From NCBI RefSeq assembly GCF_009914755.1, contig NC_060929.1: a stretch of DNA of 64,000 bases; one strand, 5' to 3'. Below are positions 41,501-53,840 of this stretch, one piece after another. The stretch is from the human T2T-CHM13v2.0 reference genome, Homo sapiens. The position numbers and the translations under genes are program-made. How positions within the stretch are numbered: position 1 is the first letter of the stretch; the number at the start of each line of letters is the position of its first letter. The notes below the pieces were generated by a model. That model searched no databases. It saw only the letters and a program-made list of their open reading frames with translations, and was not told the DNA's origin.

Positions 41501-43899
41501 CAAAAATTTTCTCCCATTCTGTAGGATGCCTGTTCACTCTGATGATCGTTTCTTTTGTTGTACAGAAGCTCTTTAGTTTAATTAGATCCCATTTGTCAAT
41601 TTTGGCTTTTGTTGGCATTGCTTTTGGTGTTTTAGTCATGAAGTCTTTGCCCATGCCTATCTCCTCAATGGTATTGCCTAGGTTTTCTTCTAGGGTTTTT
41701 ATGGTTTTAGGTCCTACGTTTCAGTCTTTAATCCATCTTGAGTTAATTTTTGTATGAGGTACAAGGAAGGGGTCCAGTTTCAGTTTCCTACATATGGCTG
41801 GCCAGTTTTCCCAACACCATTTATTAAATAGGGAATCCTTTCCCCTTTGCTTGTTTTTGTCAGGTTTGTCGAAGATCAGATGGTTGTAGATTTGTGGCGT
41901 TATTTCTGAGGCCACTGTTCTGTTCCATTGCTCTATATATCTGTTTTGGTACCTTTTTGGTGGTGTCTTTAAATTTTTCTAAATGTAAGATCATGTCATC
42001 TGCCAACAGTGGATAATACGACTTCCTCCTTTCCAATTTGGATGCACTTTATTTTTTTCTCTTGTCTATTCACTCTGGGTAGAAGTATCAGTACTATCTT
42101 GAAAAAAAGTAGAAAAAGTGGGTATCCTTCTCTTACTCCAGATATTAAATAAAGCCTTTTAACTTTAACCCATTCACTATGATGTTAGCTGTGGGTTTGT
42201 CACATACTGCCTTTATTGTTTTGAGGCACGTTCCTTCTATAACTAATTTGTTGAAAGTTTTTTATCATGAAGTATGTTGAGTTTTATCAAAATGTTTTTC
42301 TTCATCTATTGAGATAATCATATAGTGTTTTGTCCATTCCGTTGATGTGATGTACCATAATTAATGATTTGCATATGTTAACCCATCTTTGCATTTTGGG
42401 ATAAATCTCACTTGATCATGGCGTATAAAAGCACTTTTGGATGTGCTTCTGAATTCAGTATGCTAGTATTCTGTTGAGGATTTTTACATCTATGTTCATC
42501 AGAGATAATGGCCTGTAGTTTTACTTTTTGTTGCTGTTTCCTTGTCTGGTTTTGGTATCCAAGTAATGCTGACTTCATAGAATGAGATTGGAAAAATTCC
42601 TTCCCCTTCAATTTTTTGGACTAGCTTAAAAAGAATTGATATTTGTTTTTTAAAAGTTTGAATTCAGCCATGAAGTCATCCAATCCTGAACTCTTCTGTT
42701 TTGGGAGACTTTCTATTACTGATTTAATCTCATTATTTGTTATTGGTCTGTTCACGTTTTCCATGCAAATAGAAACCACAAAAGAGCAGAAGTAGCTACA
42801 TTTATATCAAAGAGAATACACTTTGAGTCAAAAACTATAAAAAAGAGACTAACAAGATCCTTATATAATGATCTTTGGGTCCATTCAGCAAGAGGATATA
42901 ATAACTGTAAATATATATGCACTCAACACCAAAGTGCCCACTTATATAAAGCAAATATTAATAGATCTAAAAGGAGATATAGGCTGCAGTATAATTCAAC
43001 AGTCTACTTTCAGCAACGGACAGACAGAAATTCAACAAACAAACACTGGAGTTAAACTACCCTCTGAACCAAACAGACCTAACTGACATTTATTGAACAT
43101 TTCATCCAACAGCTTCAGAATACACATTTTTTTTCATCAGCACATGGAACATTCTTCAGAACAGACCGTATGTTAGGCCACAAAGCAGGTATCAACAAAT
43201 TTTTAAAAATAAAATCATATCAAGTACATTTTCTGACCACAATGGAATAAAGCTAGAAATCAATAAAAGAGGAACTTTGAAAACTACAAATATCATGGAA
43301 ATTAAGCAACACGGTTCTGAACAACCAACGGGTCGATACAGATTTTAAGAAGAAAATTTTAAAATTTATTGAAACAAATAAAAATGGAAACACAACACAA
43401 CATACCAAAACCTATGGAATACAAAAAAGCAGTACAGAGAGGAAGTTTACAGCAATAAATGCCTACATCAAAAAAGTAGAAAGATTTCAAATAACCTAAA
43501 AATGCACCTCAAGGAACCAGAAAAGCAGGAATAAACCAACCCAAAATTAGTAGCAGAAAAAAATGTCGGAGCAGAAATAAATGAAACTGAGACAAAAATA
43601 TAAAATATCAATGAAACAAAAAGTTGAGTTATTTTCAAAAGATAAATAAAATGACAAATATTTTGCTAGACTAAACAAGATAAAAAGAGAGAAGAACCAA
43701 ATAGTACTTTGTTTATCTGGTTATTTAATAACCAAATAAAACCAGAAATGAAAAAGGAGACATTACAACTGATACCACAGAAATACAAAGGGTCATTCAA
43801 GACTACTATGAATAACTGTATGCCAAAAAAATTGGAAAACGTAAAAGAAATAAATTCCTAGATGCATTTAATCTACCAAGATTGAACCATGAAGAAATC
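38555..43899 (-). mobile_element. Old L1MA-type element, 5'-inverted: minus 38555-~42760, plus ~42760-43899; hosts a younger L1PA
   Basis: Antisense 3'UTR/ORF2, then a sense endonuclease-region segment ending gaaccatgaagaaat, which continues in L1 into gaaaac.tgaacagaccaata (read antisense at 42740-42761). Confidence 0.88.
40590..41953 (-). mobile_element. L1PA (PA7/8-like) 3' 1.36 kb nested in the L1MA
   Basis: Well-preserved ORF2 C-terminal peptides ([12 protein letters not shown]..., MRYHL...) and L1PA 3'UTR; the host L1 resumes at tttttggtgg. Confidence 0.93.
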
Positions 43900-44063
43900 A
43901 AGTTCAATTTGGTTTTCTGAAAAACAACAAATAATTGTTTAGTATAAGTGTGTCCCATGCAATATTTGGAACATACTTAGACTGAAAAAAAAAGTATGGT
44001 TTATATAAAATTCAAAGTAAAGTAGGCATCTTGTATTTACATTTGCTAAATCTAGCAACCCTA
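43900..44063. mobile_element. MER53 palindromic hAT-type MITE (left end missing or displaced)
   Basis: tagtataagtgtgtcccatgcaatatttggaacatacttag centre; tttgctaaatctagcaacccta terminus. Confidence 0.85.
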
Positions 44064-44235
44064 ACTATGTGTACTTTCTAAGAATTACACGGGTTGTGTA
44101 AAAGGGCTGGTGAGGGGGCATTAAAAGTTTATCTTCAGATTATCAGTAAGATGATTCATAAAATAAAGAGTAATTACACATTTTTGGCCTTGTAAATGGA
44201 AAGAAGATAGCATTCCCACTCATTTGTTAAAATAA

Positions 44236-44683
<448 letters not shown>

Positions 44684-44984
44684 TATTCTACTGCTTTTTA
44701 AAAATAATTTTGAGTACTTATTCTCCTTCCCCTCACCTTTGCCAAAAATCCATGACATAACTGATAAAAATATTTTAGGCTGATTTGCTATTTAATTAGA
44801 AATCAATTTGAATAATAATTCTAAAATATTAGGACATAGTCTAACCCCACTAAAATCAAACAAAAACATCGTTCCCTTTACAGAGATCTTTAAAAACTTT
44901 GAGCAAGCAAAAAAAAAAACTTCTAGTGTTAAAAATTAGGTTGTAAAAAATAAATAAATTTTATCTTTTAGGACCTAATTTCTC

Positions 44985-45345
44985 CTATTATAAGCATCTT
45001 AGATTAGTATGGCACATTTGTTATAATTAATGACCAGTATTGATACATTATTATTAACTAAAGTTCATACTTAATTCAGATTTATGTAATTTTCCCTAAA
45101 GTTCTTTTACTATTCCAGGGCCCCATCCAAAATGCCACACCACATTTAGTCCTCATGTCTCCTTGGACTCCTCTTGGTTCTTAGTTTCTCAGACTTTCCT
45201 TGTTTTTGATGCCTTTGACAGTTCTGAGGCATACTGGTCAGGCATTCTGCAGAATAAATGTCTTCCACATGATTAGACTGAGGTTATGGGCTTTGGGGAA
45301 GAAGCCACAAAAGTAAAGTACTATTTTCAACACATTGTATCAAGC
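44985..45345 (-). mobile_element. L1MC-type 3'UTR fragment
   Basis: catttgttataattaatgaccagtattgatacattattattaactaaagt motif. Confidence 0.7.
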
Positions 45346-46149
45346 TATATATAAAGTAGATTTTTTTAATTGACACTTTTTATGAATTGCTTACTCATAT
45401 CCTTGGATGCTAAATTATATTTTAATGCTTTCAACCTGGTATTACCAGCATATTCAATCTGAAGTAAACATTTGGACAAGACTTGAGGGCTTCAATTTTA
45501 TAAATGAATGGCATTCTTAAATTAATTCTAACCTCATTTAGAATAATCATATGACATTTCAAAGTGCAAAAACAAAATGTTGTTGAAACTTAGAAAATGG
45601 AATATTGTAAACATTAGAACATTACATCTGTCCTTTAATTAAGCCTAGTGTAGCTTAAAGGCCAAAGTTACAACCTTACGACTAGGCTAAAAGACCCAGG
45701 AAAGGTAGAATGGTTGACGAAGATAAGAGTATTTCCCTGTGGCAGAGAGTGACTGCGTGCACCCCATTCCCCAGGGCCAACGTACTAGCCTGTGGGCTCA
45801 GGGACTTAAGCTAATTCTTTCCAGCCTTGCCAACCTTAATCCAATCAATGGTTTCCCCCATGACCTAAGAGTTGGCACATCTCCCTTAGTATTTGAAAAC
45901 ACAAGAGAATTCCAATCTCTTATTTGTCAAGCCACCAAATGAAGAATTTCAGGGGGAAGAAAGGAATACATGTTATTTTTCACTTATTAATCAGCTCCTC
46001 CATTGAGGAGAGTGAAAATAATTAGAATAGTTATTTTTATAGATCAAACATGGTTACCTGTTAGAAATTTCACATGATCCTCCTACCTACTACTTGCAAC
46101 ACAGCAATGTCGGCCTGGTTGTGTATTTTTCAAGTTCTCAGAATGACTC

Positions 46150-46450
46150 TTTTTTTTTTTTTTTTTAGATGGAATCTCACTCTGTCACCCAGGCTGGAGT
46201 GAGGTGGCACAATCTCAGCTCACTGCAACCTCCGCCTCCCAGTCCCAGTTCAAGCAATTCTCCTGCCTCAATCTCCTGAGTAACTGGGATTACAGGCACG
46301 TACCACCATGCCCAGCTAATTTTTCTATTTTTAGTAGAGACAGGGTTTCACCATGTTGGCCAGGCTGGTCCTGAACTCCTGATCTCATGATCTGTCCACC
46401 TCAGCTTCTCAAAGTGCTGTGATTATAGATGTGAGTCACCACGCCCAGCC
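46150..46450 (-). mobile_element. AluS with TSD agaatgactctt
   Basis: Full Alu; TSD at 46140-46151 and 46454-46465. Confidence 0.96.
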
Positions 46451-48059
46451 CCTAGAATGACTCTTAAATAGAAACCTTTTCACGGCATGTACCAACCTTG
46501 GTAAATAATCAGATGAAGGCCCCTTTTCCTTCTTTCTGTAAGACTCAAAGCCAAAAGCTGGAGTAACTAGACAGCATGCAGAATGTCAACCATGCAGCTG
46601 AAGATAGGGAGAAGGGGCCAGAATGCCACCTTCCACTGAGCTCTGAGATTATCTACACCCAGACACACCACAGGTAACACATTTTCAGTTACAAACCTTC
46701 AAATGTCTCTCTAAGACTAAACTGAGTTAATGATTTTAAGATACAATTTAGAGCAGATTCAAACACTAAAGATGCACAACTATGTAGCCAATTCAATGCT
46801 CCAAGAGAGAAACAACTCATTCTAAATTAGTGTTTGAGTGGGTAGCCACAATTAAACACCAAAGGGCAACTACCTTAAAATACTCGTTAGGCCAAAGGAA
46901 CCTCCCCAGTCTAATGACACATTTGATAACTTCAAGCATTTCTGTGTGCAGGTTTATATTTCAAAGACATAATTCACTAAAGGCACAGCTAATTTAAATA
47001 AGCAGGGGATTTCATGATAGTGGAGTCCAAACAGGAAATATTAAAGTTTATAAAAGCAATACTTCATTTTATATTAATATAAATTCTCAGATACAGACAT
47101 TTCTTATATGAGATGAAATAAAAGTAAACACAGAATTACTAAAATATCACTCTTGAAGTCACAAGAATTCACTTCTAACATTTTATTACATTGCAACTTT
47201 TAAAACTCCATATCCCAAACACATTAAACTTTCTTCTTTATAAAGGACATCACAATGTTTTCAACCTTTATCACTCAAGGTCTTATGCCAAAATTAGCAT
47301 CTGAATATTTTATAGTCTTTTAAAATATTCTACTTTTCTTTTAGTTGACAATATTCCAAGTCATAGACAGTACCTTCAATTTAAAGATAATGAAAAATAT
47401 AAATTCACTTTGAGAAAATAAATCTACTTTCATAATTATATATGTTGTGTACTTCCAATTTTGCCATTATTCATCTATACTTTCTCATTATAATATCTTG
47501 AAAAAGTAGCCTGAAAATTCCCATCAGAATCAACTTTTTCCTGCAGTTCACAGTCCACTACTTTTTCTGAGATGCTGATTACTGGTCCCTGAAAACTTAA
47601 ACTTGGTACAGTTCTATTTCTTGGTTCTATATTGGTTCATATTAAATCATGAACCAAAAGTATAGTCTCATATATTTAACATATCCTCCTGCCACAAAAA
47701 CCTGTCACAGCTGTATTTATCATGAGATAACCTGCCTTTGAAAGACAACCTGCTCTCTCTGAGGATGCCAGGACATCCATGGCAGCTGACCAGAGAGGCA
47801 AAAAGCACTATATTACACCTGTACATGGAAAGGCAGGCAGCTCTTACAAACTCATCTTCATATTGATCTCTCACATCCCTTCAGATAGACTATCCGTCTT
47901 CTGTCTTGTCTTCTCATTTCAACATCTATCTATGATATGACTTGATGAATTAAAATTTTATCCTTCATAAGGCAGCTACTTAGATGCCAGGTATGCATTA
48001 ATGCTTGTCAGTTCCTATGTGTACTATATCAGTAAATGATCAATTTTAAAGTCATTTTA

Positions 48060-48520
48060 ATGATCAACCTTTGAGGAGGTTGCAGTCTAATGGAAGGAGA
48101 CATGGAAACAAACCTGTAAACCAACAAATAAATGAGATGATTTCTATCACTCATATGTTATGAAAAAGATAAAACAGGGTAACTGTTAGGACAGAAACAC
48201 TTGCTTTCGCAGGATGATCAGCAGAGACAGGCGGCCAAAGTGGCTAGAGCCTAATAAACCCAGGGACAGAGAGGGGAGATAAGATAAAATAGAAAGAAAC
48301 TGGACCTTTTGCTGGTTGTCACCACTAGGGTTATAAGCTAAGGCAAGATGTGGGTGAACTAGAAGGAGCCCTAGGACGGCTGTAGGAATGATGAGCTCAC
48401 AGTGGGTTGGCCAGCCAGGAGCCTGCTGCAGAAACCCTGGTGAGCAATGAGACAGCTGGATCAGCCTCTTAACACTGAAGGTGACAAGAAGTGGGAGGTT
48501 CAACCAAGATGAAAAGCATC
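48060..48520 (-). mobile_element. LINE-2 fragment
   Basis: ggaggttgcagtctaatggaaggagaca..aaacaa; atgaaaaagataaaacagggtaa. Confidence 0.5.
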
Positions 48521-48834
48521 CATGCAATTTTGAAAAATACACTTAAAAAGGAACTCTGGAATGCCATATGTTAATAAATACAGACATGTGGGTCTAGGTA
48601 CTCTATATACCATATTGTTCTATGTATCACATTCTGAATTTTATAAATCAAAGCAAAACATTTAAACTGAGCTGAATAATCACTTATTAATAAAATAGCT
48701 CAAAGAGCTTCATATTATCCATCAGGAATTATCATTCATTTAGGGAGTAATTCAATACCAAAGTTCCAAAATCTGCCACCAGAGATTGGCCTTCCTTGAC
48801 ACTGGGTAACTTGCTGGTTTCATCCTGTGGTCTC

Positions 48835-49198
48835 TGTTATAGATTGAATGTTTGCGTCTTCTCCTCACCCACCAACAAAGTAATATGATGAAGCCCTAGC
48901 CCCCGATGTGATGGCATTTGGAAATGGGACCTCCGGAAGGTAATTAGTGTTAGATTAGGTGATGGGGATGGGGCCCTCAAGAAGGGATCAGCAGCTTTCT
49001 AAGAAGACAGATGAGAGATCTACAAAAGGCCATGTGAGGAAAGAGCAGGAAGGCGGCCATCTGCAAGTCAGGAGGAGAGCCCTCACCTGGAATCAAATCT
49101 GCCAGCATCTTCATTTTAGACATTCCAGCCTCTAAAACTGTGAGAAATAAACGTTGTTTAAGCCACACAATTTAGGGCAGCCTGAGCCAACTATGACA
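48835..49198 (+). mobile_element. MLT1A-like MaLR LTR
   Basis: TG...CA ends, TSD gtctc/gtctt, gccatctgcaag..aggag motif. Confidence 0.85.
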
Positions 49199-49551
49199 GT
49201 CTTGGAAAAAATTTGGTGGAATCCTTCCAAAGCCAGGATGCACTATCACTTGACATTGGACAAGTTTTTCTGAACTTCTGAGATGACAGGGAATATAGTA
49301 TGTTATTAAATTTGGAAATATTTATGCCCTTAGGAAATATTTATGCCCTTCAGTGTGGTACTCAATTATCCACTCAGTGCTACAGCACAGTCTGTGAATC
49401 TGTTGTCAAAACGTCCTACCATCTTCTCTTGGTGATTCATGAACAGCTTCACAAATTCTTCTGACATCATAATATTCTCTATAACATCACACATCTGCAC
49501 ATCACAAAACCTGACACCTTACATTGTGTCTATATTTTTAAGCCCAGAATG

Positions 49552-49634
49552 CACATGCAGCTTAGCTTGTCGATGATGGTGAACTTTTCCACATGCAGCT
49601 TAGCTTGTTGATGATGGTGAACTTTTCCACATGC
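49552..49634. repeat. 38-bp tandem duplication (2.2 copies)
   Basis: cacatgcagcttagcttgtYgatgatggtgaacttttc twice, then cacatgc. Confidence 0.97.
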
Positions 49635-52600
49635 CAATGGTTTCATGCAAAGAGTACATATAGCACCAGTGCTGATACTGGGATGAATAGCCTACCTTAT
49701 TTGTCTTCTCGATGCCTTCTAATCAATGTACGAACAGTCCTACATTTCTCCAAATGACCATAAATATCTATCTTCAAAGCTATGCTGACAGTAAACATGA
49801 AAGTAACAATGCTCTACTAATATGAAAACCATTCAGCAGACAAACTGAAATTACTTCTGTAGTAGAACTAACTATTTAACATAAGTCCTGGGTACACATA
49901 TTGAAAATTAATAAGCTATAGCAAAGAAGAAATATTTTCCCTCATAATCCACAAAGCAATTTGCTCTAAAGAATAAAAAGAAAAAGGAAAGGCAATGGAC
50001 AGTTGTGTAAGCATCAAAGATCTTGAGAGAAACTGCCAAAAAAAAGACAAAATCTCTTCGGAGTTAGACAGCACCTTCTTTGGGCCAGAGCTAAAAAAAA
50101 AAACCTCACATAGCCACCAAATCCCAGCCCACCACATCTCAATTAGCTAAAATGATAAATAACTGTAAGGAACAGCATGTATATTTAAAATCAGATGAAT
50201 ATCACCTAAGGATATTCCAAGAATCAGTGAACACGACGAAATCTACTACTGGTCCAAAAATCTGTTACATTGCTTTCAAAATTCTTATCCTCCCTTTCAA
50301 GAGATAAAATATGAGAAAGCACTTGTAAAGACTAACATGCTATAAAATTCTACGGAATAACTTTGCTTATATTTCCTCCCACACTCTGTTCAACTTAAGA
50401 CAGCACTTTACCCAGCCCTGTCACCAGCTCTCCCACTTGCGGCTCTGCACCGCCTGCCATTCTGTAGGTCTAACTGCACTACTGTAAAATGCATGATTTA
50501 TCAGGCCACAAGGAAGCCATATAAACTCATATTATTACTCTGTAAACATACAGTATTTATGTTTACTACTGAAAGATCTTAAATCCTAGTAGCAATTAAT
50601 GCATTTTAAGAGAATCGGCACATGGAGAAAGGGAAGGATTTCAGAGATGTGATGGAATTAAGGCTGCACAGCCATCTCAGTTGGAAATCCATGTTTGAAA
50701 AGGATAGAAATAGCTACCCTTCAACTAGAAAAATAAATGACTAAACCATTCAGAGGGGGACAGATTATCTAGCGCTGGAGGTATATACATCCAGAGCTTG
50801 CTGCTAACTACTAGTTATAACTTCTTGCCTCATTTAAAATTAAATTTGTCCAGTTTGTTGAATGAATGCATAAATCAATAAACAGTGGACTCGCCCATTA
50901 TAATAGTTCTGTTTCTAAAACTAGTTTAAGCTACCTTGCACCTTTCCACTTCTTGAAATTCCTGCATTTACCAGGTATTACCAAACTCCCAGCTCCTAGC
51001 TCATGAAAACATCCTCAGCTTCCACATCCATCGCCTATATTTGCAAAGGAAGAAGGATGCTTTCTGAACGTTAATTTCCTCCAGCCATCATCTTGGCTCT
51101 ATCCTCTCACACTCCGCTTCTGTCCTAGGTCCACAGGCTAAGTACAAGCTAAGTACACCCCATGGATCCCCTCAACTGCTGCAACAGGAAATATGGTGTC
51201 ACTATACAATTTATCACACAACCCATGCTAAACTGCTGAAAGAAGACTTTTGATTTATAAGATCATATCTGAAATTGCTATAGGCAGTCAGCAAAACGAA
51301 GATTAGCATCCCCTCTCAAGTACCTAAAACTTTGTAACTCACTAAGTAACATACTCATTGAGGAATGTTTAACTTGACTTCTTTACTTCCTTCAAAAGTT
51401 TTGGGAATCGAGAATAAATTAGATTTCTGTAACTTACACATGATTTCTTCCTATTGGCAGACTACAGTTAGAGCGATAAGAATTCTGTGCAATTTGTTCA
51501 AAGTATTTAAGGAAATATCTCAAAAAATGGAAGCCAACTATGGTTCACACTTCTAAAACTGTTCTGATAAAGCCTCACAGGTGCCAGACGCGGCAGCCCA
51601 CCAAGAGAGAAAATAATATTCTGGAGACATTTCTACAGACTTCACTCTTGAAGGACAATAGGGCTTCATTCCACTCCCATCTTTAAGCAGCAAATATCTG
51701 CACCACAAGGAAAAAATACAAGAAACTTTTTGGGCCAATTTTGTATAACTTACAATATTTGAAGTGGTATGAAGAAACAACAAGAATTACTTCTACGGAT
51801 GGATAAAGGAGAATTCTTCCTTTAGGCAATAGCCAATAGCATGAAATGTAGCAATATCTTTACAACCACTATGGAAGTGGGCATTTTATAAACACATTAG
51901 TAACAAAATTCAGAGATTTAGTTTTATAGGCAAGAAAATCTTTTGACTCTAACTCTTACCCCCCACCATTACTGTATTTTTGAAGTGCATCAAAAGTTCC
52001 AGAGAATATATTTTATACTTAAATGTTTATTATGATTAAGCTTCCCAAAGCATTTTCACCTAAATTATCACAGCACATTCAACAAAGCCCTGTGAGTTTT
52101 TATCCCAAGGAACAAATGACAAAATAGGCAAAGATGCAAAGTCACAAGAGAAGGCAAGTGCCAAGCACGATTTAGATCCCAGAACTTGGCATCCTAAGGC
52201 AGTGGTCCCTCCAGGGTGCTGCAGTGTCTGTACCCAAAACCAACCCAAAGCAAGCAAAGAAACCTTGGTTCAGAAACCATTTTTGCCCCAAATGATGAAC
52301 TAAGTGTTTGTTACATGCCTACTACTATCCTATGATTTGTGGATCAATTATTTTAAAAGATAGATTACCAGTATGGGGTGGGGCTGGGGAGAAGCATGGT
52401 CCTATGTGACCAGAGAGAAGGAGTGTGTGCCTGAGAGCAGGGGGAGAAGGTAGAAAATCATGTGTTTGCCTAAAAACAGTGTCCTGGCTCTTCCCAACGA
52501 ACTTGAACTTGAGAAATGAGACATCCCTGAAGAACACACAGTCAAGTGCCAGAACCACACACAAAGCACTGCACCTGTGAGCCCCGGACTGCCACAAACA

Positions 52601-53059
52601 CCTTGCCTTTTCACACAGTGATCCTGGAGTCTGTGCAGGTGCGTTTATGCTTCATGTGGGAAAAGCAAACGCCAGAATTACAGAAAAGCATCTGGCATCT
52701 GTATTATTTCGCAGTAGAAACAGCTAATGTGTGTTGTAATAGTGAATATACCACATACTCTGCTATGTATTTTAAGTCCATGGTCTCTTAATTCACCGTC
52801 GCAACAACCTGAAGACACAGGAATTATTGTTTCCCCTGTGTTATGACACTTAGTAGTAAAATAACCGTTCACTTAGAAAATGATGAAGTTGGGATATGAA
52901 CTCAGTCAGTTGGGGTACAACTTTGAAGCTATTTTCTCAACCATTTGCTCCACTGCTGTATTTACTACTGGGACACACGAAATCAGCAAGCAGTAAAATG
53001 TTTCCTTAAAGAAGAACTCCTGTAGGACAAGTGAGTAAGTTTAACTTCAAGCTTTAGAA

Positions 53060-53840
53060 TTATGCTCCCAAATAGGAACCAATAAAATGATATATAAACT
53101 GTTAAGACATGACAGAGTGACATAATTACTATAGACAAACAATATAAATCAATTTTAAAAAAGGAAAATAGATAAATTGAGAAATGTGTATAAGATATAA
53201 AAAGATAATTCACAAAAAAATTAGACGTAGACACCAAAAAATTAGAAAATATTTAACCTCAGGAATATTAATAGAGAAGCAAATGAATTAGAGAAAAACA
53301 CAATATTTCTCCTATGTAATTAGAAGTTTTATTTTTCTCATTACAACACCCAGTGTTGTTGAAATCATGGGAAAATTTGTACACTCCTGCCTTGCTGAGA
53401 GAAATATAAATTATATAATCTTCCTGGAAGACAAATGAACAACATATATCAACAACCTTGAAAACATCCAGTTCTAGGAAGTAATCTAGAGTAAATAACC
53501 TGATGACAACTATTTAGTTATTAGGATCTTAATTACAGCATTAAATATAACTACCAAAAATGAAAATGTCATCAATCTCCAATAACAGAGTGATGTAAGT
53601 AAATAATGTTATATAAAGGTATGGAAAACAGACACTAAAAATAAATACTAATTACATGAGATGTTAATAGGTAACTAAACAGAATATGAGCAATGTTTTC
53701 TAAATTTAAAAATGTGTATCGCTTGATATCTCTGCTAAAAATATGGTCATTTCTGGGGCTTGCAACCATGCATGAATTTTAACTTCTTTTAATCATTTCT
53801 GTATTTTTGAATTTTCAATGAGCATGCACTACTTTTGAAA
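53060..53840 (+). mobile_element. Very old L1ME-like fragment
   Basis: Degenerate ORF2-end pattern and a 3' end of the type tttcaatgagcatgcactacttttg. Confidence 0.5.

Noticed and set aside
29707-43086. ORFs resembling L1 ORF2 peptides
   Set aside because: Fragments of truncated, disrupted L1 copies; none can encode an active element.
49552-49634. Repeat containing TGATGA as a possible C/D snoRNA or CRISPR-like array
   Set aside because: No box D or terminal stem and no spacers; it is a simple tandem duplication.
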